DNA of 63,344 nt, counting the filler, from Octopus bimaculoides (Eukaryota), in assembly GCF_001194135.2 (NCBI RefSeq). It is 4 parts of 4 records of this genome, joined end to end, with 100 filler letters (N's around TTAATTAATTAA, not from the genome) between each part and the next. Parts side by side here need not be neighbours in the genome. Positions count along the whole stretch, not along the records: positions 1 to 22,341 come from NC_068985.1; positions 22,442 to 45,887 come from NC_069007.1; 2 more parts are not named here. One strand, written 5' to 3'. Below are positions 12,081 to 24,849 of this stretch, piece by piece. The stretch's first letter is position 1. Each line of letters starts with the position of its first letter. Both the position numbers and the translations under genes were made by a program. The notes beneath the pieces are model-generated. The model was not told the origin of the DNA. It saw nothing but the letters and a program-made list of their open reading frames with translations, and did not search any database.

Positions 12081-13296
12081 AGTTTGGATAAGATAGTACA
12101 AAATACACTCATTTTGAAAAGACGACGGTGTGGTCATGGCTGGAGTGTTTCCTATCTGTATTAATTATTCGTTACCTGCAACGTAGGAGAGAAGCCTCTC
12201 CTCAAATCAAAATCACGAAATGGTTGTTAGTGAGTTATTGTTGTTGCTGTTGGCAGCAACGACGGCAGCGAAGGCGGCAGCGAAGGCGACGGCGGCAGCG
12301 GCGGTAGCGGCGGTGNNNNNNNNNNNNNNNNNNNNNNNNNNNNNNNNNNNNNNNNNNNNNNNNNNNNNNNNNNNNNNNNNNNNNNNNNNNNNNNNNNNNN
12401 NNNNNNNNNNNNNNNNNNNNNNNNNNNNNNNNNNNNNNNNNNNNNNNNNNNNNNNNNNNNNNNNNNNNNNNNNNNNNNNNNNNNNNNNNNNNNNNNNNNN
12501 NNNNNNNNNNNNNNNNNNNNNNNNNNNNNNNNNNNNNNNNNNNNNNNNNNNNNNNNNNNNNNNNNNNNNNNNNNNNNNNNNNNNNNNNNNNNNNNNNNNN
12601 NNNNNNNNNNNNNNNNNNNNNNNNNNNNNNNNNNNNNNNNNNNNNNNNNNNNNNNNNNNNNNNNNNNNNNNNNNNNNNNNNNNNNNNNNNNNNNNNNNNN
12701 NNNNNNNNNNNNNNNNNNNNNNNNNNNNNNNNNNNNNNNNNNNNNNNNNNNNNNNNNNNNNNNNNNNNNNNNNNNNNNNNNNNNNNNNNNNNNNNNNNNN
12801 NNNNNNNNNNNNNNNNNNNNNNNNNNNNNNNNNNNNNATACTCGTTGAAAACGCATGAACATCACTTATGCTCTGAATGCCATGAATATTAAACTTACTA
12901 ATCTCTTCCTATACTCTTCTGTTCCTCTCCAAAACCTCCAACTCGTTGTGATGCTAATAAACATGAACGAGGAAGAAAAATAAGAGGAAAACTAACGCGA
13001 CTCTAAACAAACAAAAAAAGGACATTCTTTTTTTTTTTACCCCGAGGGAATGAAATATTAGACCAAATGTCCCTCTTACAATTTGTTGATACCATTTTTT
13101 TCTCTCTCCTTTTTTTTTTTCTTTTTCCTCTTCTCCTTTTCCCCTTTTCTCTTTTTCTCCTCCACCCTTTCCTCTTTTTAAATAGGAATAAATGAATAAA
13201 ACCTAAGAGCATCCAGTATTTGGTTTCTGAATAATTCCATTTCTTGAAATATTCTTCTTACAAGAGATATTATTTTGAAAGGATAATTTTTCCATA

Positions 13297-13311
13297 TTAT
13301 CATTATTATTA

Positions 13312-13398
<87 letters not shown>
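13297..13398. repeat. (ATT)n microsatellite
   Basis: Direct tandem run; source of the poly-Tyr and poly-Ile ORFs. Confidence 0.95.
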
Positions 13399-13401
<3 letters not shown>

Positions 13402-13589
13402 ACATCATCTGGGTTTTTTTCTGTTTTATTTTGTTTTTTTGTTTGTTTGTTTTTGGGCGATGTTAGTGGGGATGGGGGTCGTTGCTCTTCTTTATTTCCC
13501 TTTTGTTTAAGTAAAATGTGGAAAGTGAAATGACGTGTCAGAAGAAATTATCATACAGTTCGGACTTTCACTATGAAATATTCCTGTTT

Positions 13590-13622
<33 letters not shown>

Positions 13623-13916
13623 ACTCTCACTCTCTCTCTCTCACTCTCACTCTCTCTCTCTTTCTTTATCTCTTTATCTTCCTCTGTCTACTTTCGCTTT
13701 CTCTCCTCTCTCTTCTTGTCTTCCTCCGTCTTCCTCCCACATAATATATATTATCTTTCTCACTTCCCTCTCTACGTTGCCACTACTTTCTCGCTCGTCC
13801 TAGCTATTTTGTCCTTCTTTATCTCTACCTTTTCTTTTACATCTTTTCTCTTTCTTCATCTTTCTTCCACGTTTCCCTTTATCCCCCTCCTTCATCAATC
13901 TACCACATCATCATAT

Positions 13917-13975
<59 letters not shown>

Positions 13976-14463
13976 CTCTCGCTGTATTTAACCTCAAAGT
14001 TAACTTTGTCTCAAGTTACTGATCAAAGGTCCCAAAAATAAAAGAAAAGCATAGATAAAAAGTGGGGGAGGCAATGGTGGGGTGAGAATCATAGTAATCT
14101 TATTTACAATTTTAGTTACTACTTATTTACTCCTTTTCCTCCTTTCATCGAACCCGCTCCCCACCGTTGTACCACTGCCATCTCACCTCCGCTACTCTTT
14201 AGTTAAGGGAGTTGTCTAACTTCCATCAGGGATCAAATTACTTTCTTAGTGACAGTAAAATATCATAACCATTGCTTTTCCTCAGCAGCGAAACACTAAG
14301 TTTGAAATGACATAAAGGAAATATGTTCAAATCTGATTATATGTCCTCTATCTTTCCATTCCTTAGTACAAGATTATTGTTGCTGTTGTGGCGGTTGTTG
14401 CTGTGGTTGTTGTTTTTGTTGTTATTGTTCTTCTTTTTCTTCTTCTTCTTCTTCTTCTTCTTC

Positions 14464-14506
<43 letters not shown>

Positions 14507-14606
14507 CATCCTCATCATCAACATCATCATTATCATCATCGTCGTTTTTATTCTTACTCGCGTTTGATTTATTGGGTTTCTTCTCTTGAAGTATATATAT
14601 ATATAT

Positions 14607-14652
<46 letters not shown>

Positions 14653-14696
14653 NNNNNNNNNNTATGCACATATTTATACTTATATGTATGTATGTG

Positions 14697-14775
<79 letters not shown>

Positions 14776-14963
14776 GTATAATATATACGTGTGTGTGTGT
14801 ATTTGCATGTGTAATGCGTGTGCGTATGTGCACATATGCGAGTGCATTTGTGTGCACGCTTGTATGTATTATAGGTTTTGTCTCATTGAAATGTAGTCTA
14901 ATGTAAAACCTAATGTTTTGTCCATAAATATGTATGTGAGAAAGCAATTTTCAATAAATTCTG

Positions 14964-14994
<31 letters not shown>

Positions 14995-15007
14995 ATATAT
15001 ATATATA

Positions 15008-15163
15008 TATACATTTGTATACGTGTGTGTTTATGTGTATGTATGTATGTATGTATGTATTTCATGTGTATGTATACTAGCAAACTAGCATATATGCATG
15101 TGTATATATGTGTGTGTATGTGTGTGTATGTGTGTGTATGCGTGAGTATGTGCGCATGTGTAT

Positions 15164-15206
<43 letters not shown>

Positions 15207-15370
15207 TACATTTGGATGCGTGTGTGTTTATGTGTATGTATGTATGTATGTATGTATTTCATGTGTATGTATACTAACAAACTAGCATATATGCATGTGT
15301 ATATATGTGTGTGTATGTGTGTGTATGCGTGAGTATGTGCGCATGTGTATTGATATATATATATATATAA
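15008..15370. repeat. Tandem duplication of an about 190-bp compound-microsatellite block
   Basis: Unique core TTTCATGTGTATGTATACTA(G/A)CAAACTAGCATATATGCATG...GCGTGAGTATGTGCGCATGTGTATTG occurs twice in succession. Confidence 0.85.
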
Positions 15371-15390
15371 ATTATGCAACACAAGCACGC

Positions 15391-15465
<75 letters not shown>

Positions 15466-16062
15466 TTAAATATTAATGAAGTTCTACGAAATTACTAAAA
15501 TTTTTATCCATTTTTATTAACATGCTACTAGTATGCAAATCTTTGACTAATTTACTAGTGACTGAACTAACATATATTCAAATGCAATTGTAGAAGTTGT
15601 GAACTTCACGACTCTAACTGATATATTAGCTCTAGAATCACACAACTCTCTCCCACCCCGTCGTCAGGCGTCACAACAAGGAGCAACTGTAACGAAAGTG
15701 GAAAGCTGTTATAGCACAGAGAAAGCAAAACACGAAGAATACAGTATTAGTTTAGCGCTTGAAATGAGTATTTGAAACGAGGATTTGAGTATGGAGTATC
15801 TTGACATTTCATATGTTAGTCCGTCTTCAGAAGAAATAAATGAAACGAAAAACAAGGTAGTAAGAGAAAGAATGTAGACAAAAAAAACAATTTTCAGAGA
15901 TGGACGTTGAGGAAGGCAAAAGGCTGCAAACCAGAACAGAGGGCAGATCAAGAGGATAGACAGGGCAGGTGTGTAATTGCATGTATGCGCGTGTATGTGT
16001 TTGTGTGTGTGTTTGTGTGTGTGTGTTTGTGTGTATGTATTTGTGTGTGTGCATGTGTGTGT

Positions 16063-16104
<42 letters not shown>

Positions 16105-16826
16105 CAGAGAGATAAATCATTTTGAGAGAGGAGGGAAAGGATTATAAATACAAAATGTGCAAGACAAAAAAAAAAATTCTCCAGATTCACTCATTCTCTT
16201 TTCAATCTTATCCCTCAACACTTTTACAGAAATTATTTTATTTGTTGATATATCCAGGANNNNNNNNNNNNNNNNNNNNNNNNNNNNNNNNNNNNNNNNN
16301 NNNNNNNNNNNNNNNNNNNNNNNNNNNNNNNNNNNNNNNNNNNNNNNNNNNNNNNNNNNNNNNNNNNNNNNNNNNNNNNNNNNNNNNNNNNNNNNNNNNN
16401 NNNNNNNNNNNNNNNNNNNNNNNNNNNNNNNNNNNNNNNNNNNNNNNNNNNNNNNNNNNNNNNNNNNNNNNNNNNNNNNNNNNNNNNNNNNNNNNNNNNN
16501 NNNNNNNNNNNNNNNNNNNNNNNNNNNNNNNNNNNNNNNNNNNNNNNNNNNNNNNNNNNNNNNNNNNNNNNNNNNNNNNNNNNNNNNNNNNNNNNNNNNN
16601 NNNNNNNNNNNNNNNNNNNNNNNNNNNNNNNNNNNNNNNNNNNNNNNNNNNNNNNNNNNNNNNNNNNNNNNNNNNNNNNNNNNNNNNNNNNNNNNNNNNN
16701 NNNNNNNNNNNNNNNNNNNNNNNNNNNNNNNNNNNNNNNNNNNNNNNNNNNNNNNNNNNNNNNNNNNNNNNNNNNNNNNNNNNNNNNNNNNNNNNNNNNN
16801 NNNNNNNNNNNNNNNNNNNNNNNNNN

Positions 16827-16861
<35 letters not shown>

Positions 16862-17035
16862 TATATATACGACGGGCTTTTTTCAGTTTCCGTCTACCAA
16901 ATCCACTCAGAAGGTTTTGGTTGGCCCGAGGCTATAGTAGAAGACACATGCCCAAGGTGCCACGCAATGGGACTGAACCTGGAACCATGTGGTTGGTAAG
17001 CAAGCTACTTACCACACAGCCAATCCTATGCCTAT
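16827..17035 (-). mobile_element. SINE family A 5' half (left arm of a long inverted repeat)
   Basis: Reverse complement of the family A head and body; its internal (CA)n abuts the gap. Confidence 0.85.
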
Positions 17036-17144
17036 TATAAGCCACTCCTGCGCTTATGAATCGACACCAATTACTGATCCCCATATTTTGAAAGGTAGAA
17101 TTCTATTTTGGTTTTATTTGATAGTCAATATACAGATAGACTTT

Positions 17145-17360
17145 AGGCGATGAGCAGACAAAATCGTTACCGCGTCGGACAAAATGCTTTGCGGCATTTC
17201 ATCTATCTTTACGTTCTGAGTTCAAATCCGCCGAGTTCAACATTGCCTTTCATCCTTTCGGGGTAGATAAAATAAGTACCTTTTGAACACTGGGGTCGAA
17301 TGAAATCGACTTACTCTCTCCTCCGAAGCTGTTGACCTTGTGTCAAAATCTTAAGCCAAT
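17145..17360 (+). mobile_element. tRNA-derived SINE, family B
   Basis: GTTCTGAGTTCAAATCCGCCGAG B-box-like motif, TTGCCTTTCATCCTTTCGGGG..GATAAAATAAGTACC core and GGGGTCGA..AATCGACT hairpin; related copies at 18268 and 48975. Confidence 0.75.
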
Positions 17361-17740
17361 ATATAGAGATGCCTAGATATTGGTTTCTTAAAATACTCTC
17401 TAAATATTTTCAAATTATTCCTGAATTTTGGGTGAGGCAACAAATCAACAGAGAAGTGCTAAAATTGATTGGATGTATCCCAATACTTGATTAACGATTA
17501 TTTTATGGACGTCAAAAGAATGAAAATGTAGTCAATTCAAGTGAGGTATGGAATGAGCTTAGAACGCAGATCATCCGATGCTTTACTATTTCAGTCGACT
17601 CTCCATTCTCCGTCAAATGATATATGACCCAGTTTCATTCTCAGTTTTATGTTGTAAATACATTTGTAAAAAATAAGACCATCAAAGAATTCTACCTTTC
17701 AAAATATGGGAATCAGTAATTGGTGTCGATTCATAAGCGC

Positions 17741-17955
17741 AGGAGTGGCTTATAATAGGCGTAGGATTGGCCGTGTGGAAAGTGGCGTACTTACCAACCA
17801 CGTGGTTCCAGGTTCAGTCCCACTGCGTGGCACCTTGGGTAAGTGTCTTCTACTATAGCCTCGGGCCGACCAAAACCTTCTGAGTGGATTCGGCAGACGG
17901 AAACTGAAAGAAACCCGTCGTATATATATATATATGTATGTATGTGTTTGTGTGT
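17741..17955 (+). mobile_element. SINE family A 5' half (right arm of a long inverted repeat)
   Basis: Family A head and body; internal microsatellite abuts the gap at 17956. Confidence 0.85.
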
Positions 17956-18267
17956 NNNNNNNNNNNNNNNNNNNNNNNNNNNNNNNNNNNNNNNNNNNNN
18001 NNNNNNNNNNNNNNNNNNNNNNNNNNNNNNNNNNNNNNNNNNNNNNNNNNNNNNNNNNNNNNNNNNNNNNNNNNNNNNNNNNNNNNNNNNNNNNNNNNNN
18101 NNNNNNNNNNNNNNNNNNNNNNNNNNNNNNNNNNNNNNNNNNNNNNNNNNNNNNNNNNNNNNNNNNNNNNNNNNNNNNNNNNNNNNNNNNNNNNNNNNNN
18201 NNNNNNNNNNNNNNNNNNNNNNNNNNNNNNNNNNNNNNNNNNNNNNNNNNNNNNNNNNNNNNNNNNN

Positions 18268-18459
18268 ATAATGGTTTCAAATTTTGCCACAAGGCCAGTA
18301 GTTCTAGGGGAAGAGGTAGTCGATTACACTGACCCCAGTTTTCAACTGCTGCTTATTTTATCGACCCCGAAGTTGATGAAAAGCAAACTGAACATCGACG
18401 GAAATTGAACTCAGAACGTAAAGGCAGACGAAATGCCACTAAGCAAGTTGCCCAGCATG
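18268..18459 (-). mobile_element. SINE family B, 3' part, interrupted at 18459
   Basis: Reverse-complement match to the family B core (TTATTTTATCGACCCC...GAACTCAGAACGTAAAG.CAGACGAAATGCC). Confidence 0.75.
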
Positions 18460-18492
<33 letters not shown>

Positions 18493-18915
18493 GATGAAAT
18501 GATGAAAATGGATACAAAGACAAGAAAAATGTTGACCGTACACGGAGCCTTCCACCCTGAGAGTAACACCGATAGGCTGTACTTGTCCAGAAGAAAGGGT
18601 GAGAGAGGTTTGATCAATTGCCAGGGTTGTATAGAAACAGAGGAAAACAGCTTTGGGTGGTATGTAAAAAATGCCGTGGAGACAGGGTTGAAACATTTGA
18701 AGAAGGCCGGCGTCATCAAAACTGAGAATTGTGTAATGAAAGAAAAATTTAAAGAGGAAAGGACCGCAAAAAAAGAAACAGCATGGAAAGGGAAAAAATG
18801 TACGGACAGTTTACAAGAGATACGAATGCCAAGGCAGATACAGAAGACCAGTAGTTCTGAATGAGGAGGAGTAACCTGAAGATAGAGACAGGAACGCTTA
18901 TATGTACAATTAAGC
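18493..18915 (+). mobile_element. R4/Dong-like RLE LINE fragment 1 (post-RT region)
   Basis: MDTKTRKMLTVHGAFHPESNTDRLYLSRRKGERGL...WKGKK/MYGQF...RRSNLKIETGTLIC: the TRK..T..G..HP.S..DRLY..R..GGRGL signature of R4-clade elements. Confidence 0.85.
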
Positions 18916-19753
18916 TCAACGATATGAAAGAAAAGGCAAAGAAAGAGTATCTGCGGCGAGAGAGAAAATTATTGGCTTCAAAGCTGAGTGCCAGAAACAT
19001 AATTTCGGCCATAAACACGCACGCAGTTGCAGTAGTTCGGTATGGCGCTGGAATCTTGAAGTGGACAGAGGAGTTAAAGGAGTTGGACAGGAAGAAAAGA
19101 AAGCCCATCATCCATTTGCTCTCGTCTTGTATTCTCGATTAGTGTCTGATAAGTGTGGAAGACTGCGTACGTATCGAACTCGCGAGCTTAATGCGAGACC
19201 TGTCCCATAGTAAGAAAACCTTGCTAGTGTCAATTAGAAATTAGGGAGTATTGAAAGCAGAGAAAAAGGCAAAACAAAGGAAGAAGTACAACAAGGACAT
19301 GAAGAAGCATTTCGCAACAAGGGACTACACAATTCCATGTAGCCACAACAGACGTTTCTGGAAAACATCGGTGGGATTGGCTGAAGAAAAGAACATTCAA
19401 AAAAGAAACAGAGAGGACTATACTGGCAGTGCAAGATCATTGCAGGTTCAACCATAGGAATAAGCAAGCGTCTCCGCTGTGCCGCATCTGTAACGGAGTG
19501 GACGAAACAATTGCCCATATCACCAAACGAATGCTCTAGAGTTGCCCAGAACCACTACAAGTTGTGGTGAGACGATAAGGTAGCGAAAATGCTACATTGG
19601 AAACTGTGCGAAACGTGGGAGCCAGAGAGAGGCAAGACGTGGTATGAGCACAAACCACAGAGAGTGGCGGAGTCGGAAACTTGTAAAATCCTTTGGGATT
19701 TCCCAATCCAAACAGACCTGGTGCTAGAGCATAACAGGCCGGACCTAGTGGTG
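18916..19753 (+). mobile_element. R4/Dong-like RLE LINE fragment 2 (RT end, CCHC finger, start of RLE)
   Basis: KKEYLRRERKLLASKLSARNIISAINTHAVAVVRYGAGILKW...; CRIC..VDETIAHI..EC zinc knuckle; LHWKLC...WYEHKP..V.E...KILWDFPIQTD..EHNRPDLVV. Several stops and frameshifts. Confidence 0.9.
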
Positions 19754-19812
19754 GACGAAATGCCGCTAAGCATTTTGCCCGGCGTGGCAACGATTCTGCC
19801 AGCTCGTTGCTT
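19754..19812 (-). mobile_element. SINE family B 5' end
   Basis: GACGAAATGCCGCTAAGCATTTTGCCCGGCGTG..AACGATTCTGCCAGCTCG is the family B head on the minus strand. Confidence 0.7.
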
Positions 19813-20059
19813 TACACGCCCTATTAATATTCATTTTCTTTTTGTTAATTCTTGCCAAAAATTAAATCTTGTTCTCTATCAGTGCAGATATATACCTGTA
19901 GTATTCCAAATGATAGCAGATTTTATTTTCCTTTATTCCCTAGTTAATTATCCATCCTACCTGTCTGTTTTATTTACCGCTCTGGATTGTTTTATATTTT
20001 TATGAACCCATCTCAATTTACCAAAGTTGCTACAAGGACTAATTATGTATTGACGTGTT

Positions 20060-20800
20060 TTTCTTAACATAACTATTCCCGGCAAAATATTTTACATATT
20101 GAGAACTGATCTTTTCCCTGCATAGCTTACACAAGTCTAACATCATGCACATCTTTCCTTCGCAGTCCCTTCCACAATATTCCTTTTACGATTTGTTCTT
20201 GTTAATAATAGAACCAGTTTTCCTAAAATCTAAGTTACTGTTTAATCATCCATGGACATTTTTTTTTAATCAAAGCTATTTAAAGACATCACTTTGTAAA
20301 GTTTTATCTTTATGCTTGTTTCAGCATCAGTTTCTCGAAGCCCTTTTGCAGTTTGGCTTTAATCGATTCCACAAGATATCCTTCCATCTATTATTCACCC
20401 TTTTCTCATTCATACTAACCTCTCCATTATCAATTTTCACCTTTCCACGTTTAATAGAAAAAATATTCTTTACTGATATCTTTCTTCTATGTAGTTCTTA
20501 GACATTTACACCTTTTCATTATCATGCACCATGACACTCAAAGCATTGTGTTCTTATATATAGCTTTCGAAAGTTTGTTTCTTTAGCTTTCTTTTTCTTT
20601 ATGAGCAATCTTTCCTCACACGCTCGTCTGTTAGCAGGAAATTTTCTCCAAGGATTTTTTAATGATTAATATCCAGCAATTTCTAAATTTGCTTTGACTA
20701 CGTGAACTATTTTCCTCAGATATCCAACTACGGGGACAATGCTGTAGTTTGTGGCATTCGCTAGTTTCCATTTGAACAGTTTTCATTGGGGATTCGATTA
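20060..20800 (-). mobile_element. Highly decayed RTE-like LINE fragment
   Basis: Minus-strand pieces VKIDNGEVSMNEKRVNNRWKDILWNRL and ILWKGLRRKDVHDVRLV*AM resemble the RTE EN-RT linker and RT; many stops. Confidence 0.4.
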
Positions 20801-20961
20801 CACATAGATCTTTGTAACTTTTTATTTCTATATTCTATCTTTTACTTTGCTCACATCTAAAATGTGTTAAACCACATCATTTTGCTGATTAAACGATTGT
20901 ATCCTCCCCGAAAAAGATAGTAATTAGACGAGCGGTTGACTGTAATTATTTTCCTATTCGA

Positions 20962-21068
20962 GGCTTGCTTCTCAATCACATGGTTCCGGGTTCATTCCCT
21001 CTGCGTGGCACCTTGGGCGACCAAAGCTTTGTGAGTGAATTTGGCAGATGGACACTGATGGAAGTCCG

Positions 21069-21108
<40 letters not shown>
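20962..21108 (+). mobile_element. SINE family A 5' half with internal deletion, ending in (GT)n at a gap
   Basis: CACATGGTTCCGGGTTCA..CC..CTGCGTGGCACCTTGGGC|GACCAAAGCTTTGTGAGTG. Confidence 0.8.
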
Positions 21109-22341
21109 NNNNNNNNNNNNNNNNNNNNNNNNNNNNNNNNNNNNNNNNNNNNNNNNNNNNNNNNNNNNNNNNNNNNNNNNNNNNNNNNNNNNNNNNNNNN
21201 NNNNNNNNNNNNNNNNNNNNNNNNNNNNNNNNNNNNNNNNNNNNNNNNNNNNNNNNNNNNNNNNNNNNNNNNNNNNNNNNNNNNNNNNNNNNNNNNNNNN
21301 NNNNNNNNNNNNNNNNNNNNNNNNNNNNNNNNNNNNNNNNNNNNNNNNNNNNNNNNNNNNNNNNNNNNNNNNNNNNNNNNNNNNNNNNNNNNNNNNNNNN
21401 NNNNNNNNNNNNNNNNNNNNNNNNNNNNNNNNNNNNNNNNNNNNNNNNNNNNNNNNNNNNNNNNNNNNNNNNNNNNNNNNNNNNNNNNNNNNNNNNNNNN
21501 NNNNNNNNNNNNNNNNAATAATAGAATTAATAATTAACAATTTTGCCAAGTAGTTCAGTATGAAAAAAACCTTTATCGGTAAAACCATTTATCATCATAA
21601 ATATACAGCGATTAGCATTGAGTTGCTTCTCCAACATACTGAAAATTTAGAAATAGCAGTCAAAGAACTACTGATTCTAAACTACAAATTTTTCTCTAAA
21701 CGGATGGCGATATTTATGGCACACATAGAACAAAAAACCGGAGGGAAAAGCGTAAACAAAACAAGTCTTTAGTTAATTGGATACGAATCGTTTCATGGTT
21801 AAGCGAATGAAAATTTCACTATTCCAATCTTCAGCCCAAATATTCTGATAAATTTACACACACACACACACACAGATGTATATAAATATATATATACATA
21901 TATATATATACATACATACACATATATATATACATATACATACATATATATATATACATATACATACATACATATATATACATATACATAATACAAAGAA
22001 TATATATGCATGTATACACACATATATGTACATACTTACATCTACATGTGTATATAGATGCATATCAGGGCACAGGACTTTAGAACAATGAACTACAGAC
22101 AACGGAACGAACACATATACATACATACATACATACATACATACATACATACATACATACGTACATACACATATATTTATATGAGAACTATATATATATA
22201 ACTTTGATAACTTTGATACGTTTCAGCCAGTATAGGTCCAGGCCATGTCTAACTTAATAGCACCACCTGGTGAAGTCTTTTAGTCATATACGGGGCACTA
22301 TGGCCCAGTCTAGCAAAGAGTTATTATTGTTGGAGACATAT

Positions 22342-22441
22342 NNNNNNNNNNNNNNNNNNNNNNNNNNNNNNNNNNNNNNNNNNNNTTAATTAATTAANNN
22401 NNNNNNNNNNNNNNNNNNNNNNNNNNNNNNNNNNNNNNNNN
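22342..22441. other. Artificial scaffold-join spacer (44 N + TTAATTAATTAA + 44 N)
   Basis: Exactly 100 bp; the 12-mer has stops in all six frames; identical at 45888-45987 and 55221-55320. Confidence 0.95.
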
Positions 22442-22478
<37 letters not shown>

Positions 22479-22733
22479 GAGAGATGGAGAAAGAGAGAGT
22501 TGTATGTATGTATGGATGTATGTATGTTTGTGTGTAAGGTTTTGTGTGTATGTATTCTTCTCCGATCACCGCTTTACAACCAGTGCTCGCGGTTCAGCAA
22601 AAGATACTAACAGAATAAATAGCAGATTTTGGAAACAAATAAGACGTGAGGTCTATTCGTTCGAATAACATTCCTCAAGTCCGCGCTCAAGTATGGTCGC
22701 AATCTAATGATTCAAATAAGTAAAAGATAGACG

Positions 22734-22736
22734 ATG

Positions 22737-22772
<36 letters not shown>

Positions 22773-22869
22773 ATGGTGATGATGATGATGATGATGATGA
22801 TGATGACGATGAGGATGAGGATGAGGATGATGATGATGATGATGTTGTATGATGATGATGTTCATGAGG

Positions 22870-22906
<37 letters not shown>

Positions 22907-22951
22907 AATGATGATGATGATGATGATGATGATGACAATCATGACGATGAC

Positions 22952-22984
<33 letters not shown>

Positions 22985-23060
22985 GAAGATGAAGATGGTT
23001 GATGAAGACGGTGATGGCGTTGATGATAAAGGTGATCATGTTCATGATCATGATGACGAA
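22734..23060. repeat. Degenerate (GAT)n array
   Basis: Source of the poly-Met, poly-Asp and poly-His ORFs; no flanking coding context. Confidence 0.9.
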
Positions 23061-23379
23061 GATCCAAACATTTTAACAGCAAAAAAAAATCCAAACAATT
23101 CAACAACGACGCTCTACTGATTTATTATTTTTTTTAATTGCCAGAAGGGCGACGAATGAACAACATTACATTGGCAATTAATATAACAATGAACAACGAT
23201 AAGGACATACATTACGCTCCGGCTATCATTGCTGCTGCCCTTGCCGCAGATGCTGCTGAGGAGAAGAATATGGAGGATGTACAACAGTAGGCGTGGGGTT
23301 GGGTCTAAGTGTATCCGGAGCAGAGGGAGACGGCGCTGATTTGGAATGGTTATAAGAACAACAACATTACGACCGAATG

Positions 23380-23606
23380 CCTACTATCTTTGTTAATATT
23401 GATGATAATAATAATAATATTTATGATAATACTACTGATGATGTTGAAGATGACGATGATGCTGGTGATAATGATGGTGATGTTGATAATGATGATGATC
23501 ATGATGATAATAATAATTGCACTAATAATACTGACGATAATAATGATTATGATGATGATATTTGGTCATGATGATAATGATGAGGATGATGAAGATGATG
23601 ATGATT

Positions 23607-23640
<34 letters not shown>

Positions 23641-23641
23641 C

Positions 23642-23672
<31 letters not shown>

Positions 23673-23782
23673 GTGATCGTGTTGATAATAATAATAATGT
23701 GAATAGTAATGGCGAGTTTTATTGCCATTAGAATGACAGATAAGGGGACAGAATGGAAAATTTATATATACAGTTATATGAA

Positions 23783-23836
<54 letters not shown>

Positions 23837-23857
23837 TTTGTATTTGTATTATGGTAC

Positions 23858-23913
<56 letters not shown>

Positions 23914-24043
23914 GTACATAAATAATCCTCCAAGACCCATGGAGCCAGTCGCTCGTTTTGAAGTAGAAGCGCCGCATTATAATAAAGGAACCCACTATCA
24001 TTACATTATTACTATTATTATTATTATTATTATTATTATTATC

Positions 24044-24114
<71 letters not shown>

Positions 24115-24122
24115 TATTATTA
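23380..24122. repeat. Compound (GAT)n / (TA)n / (AAT)n / (ATT)n microsatellite cluster
   Basis: Direct tandem runs. Confidence 0.9.
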
Positions 24123-24849
24123 ATGTCGTTGCTGTTGCTCTCACTACATTTATTGGCCTTGTTTTGCCGCCATCATAAAATTATCATTAGAAATGTGTTT
24201 CTGAGCCTTATGATTATTACGGCGAATATTATCGTTGCTGCTGTTGCTGCTGTTGCTGCTGCTGCTACCCCTGCTGCTACTTATGGCAGCAGTGTTGCCG
24301 ATGTTGGCGTCATTGTGTTTGCATTTGTTGTTGTTGTTGTTGATTTTGTTGTTGCTCTGGTTTTATAGTTTTAAATTTTAAATTTCTGTCATTGTGTACT
24401 GGTGGGTATTTTATTTTTGAAAAAAAAAATGTTTCTCTTTTAGTTTTCTTTTTTTGTCTTGTTTTTTGTTTTATTTTTACTTTTCTGCACTGCTTTTATG
24501 AATTTAAGAAGAAAATAAACGTGATTTTCCAATTAAGAATAGCAATTAAACACAACAACAACAACAACAACAACATCAATGACAACAAGTGCAACACTTT
24601 AAAATTGAACCGGAGATGAAAAATGAAATAAAATTCAATATAATTGAAATGAGAAGACATAAGAAAATTAATTGCCATCATTTTTGTTGCTTTTGTTGTT
24701 TTCTAACCCTGAGTAGGTAACCAACAAGCAGATATATGATCAAAGCATTCCAGAAACGACCATCAATATACGAATATTTTTTTATTCAACGTTTCTAGAA
24801 TTATAATATATTGAACTTTTTGCTTTGAGGTTCTGGTGTATAGCTGGCA

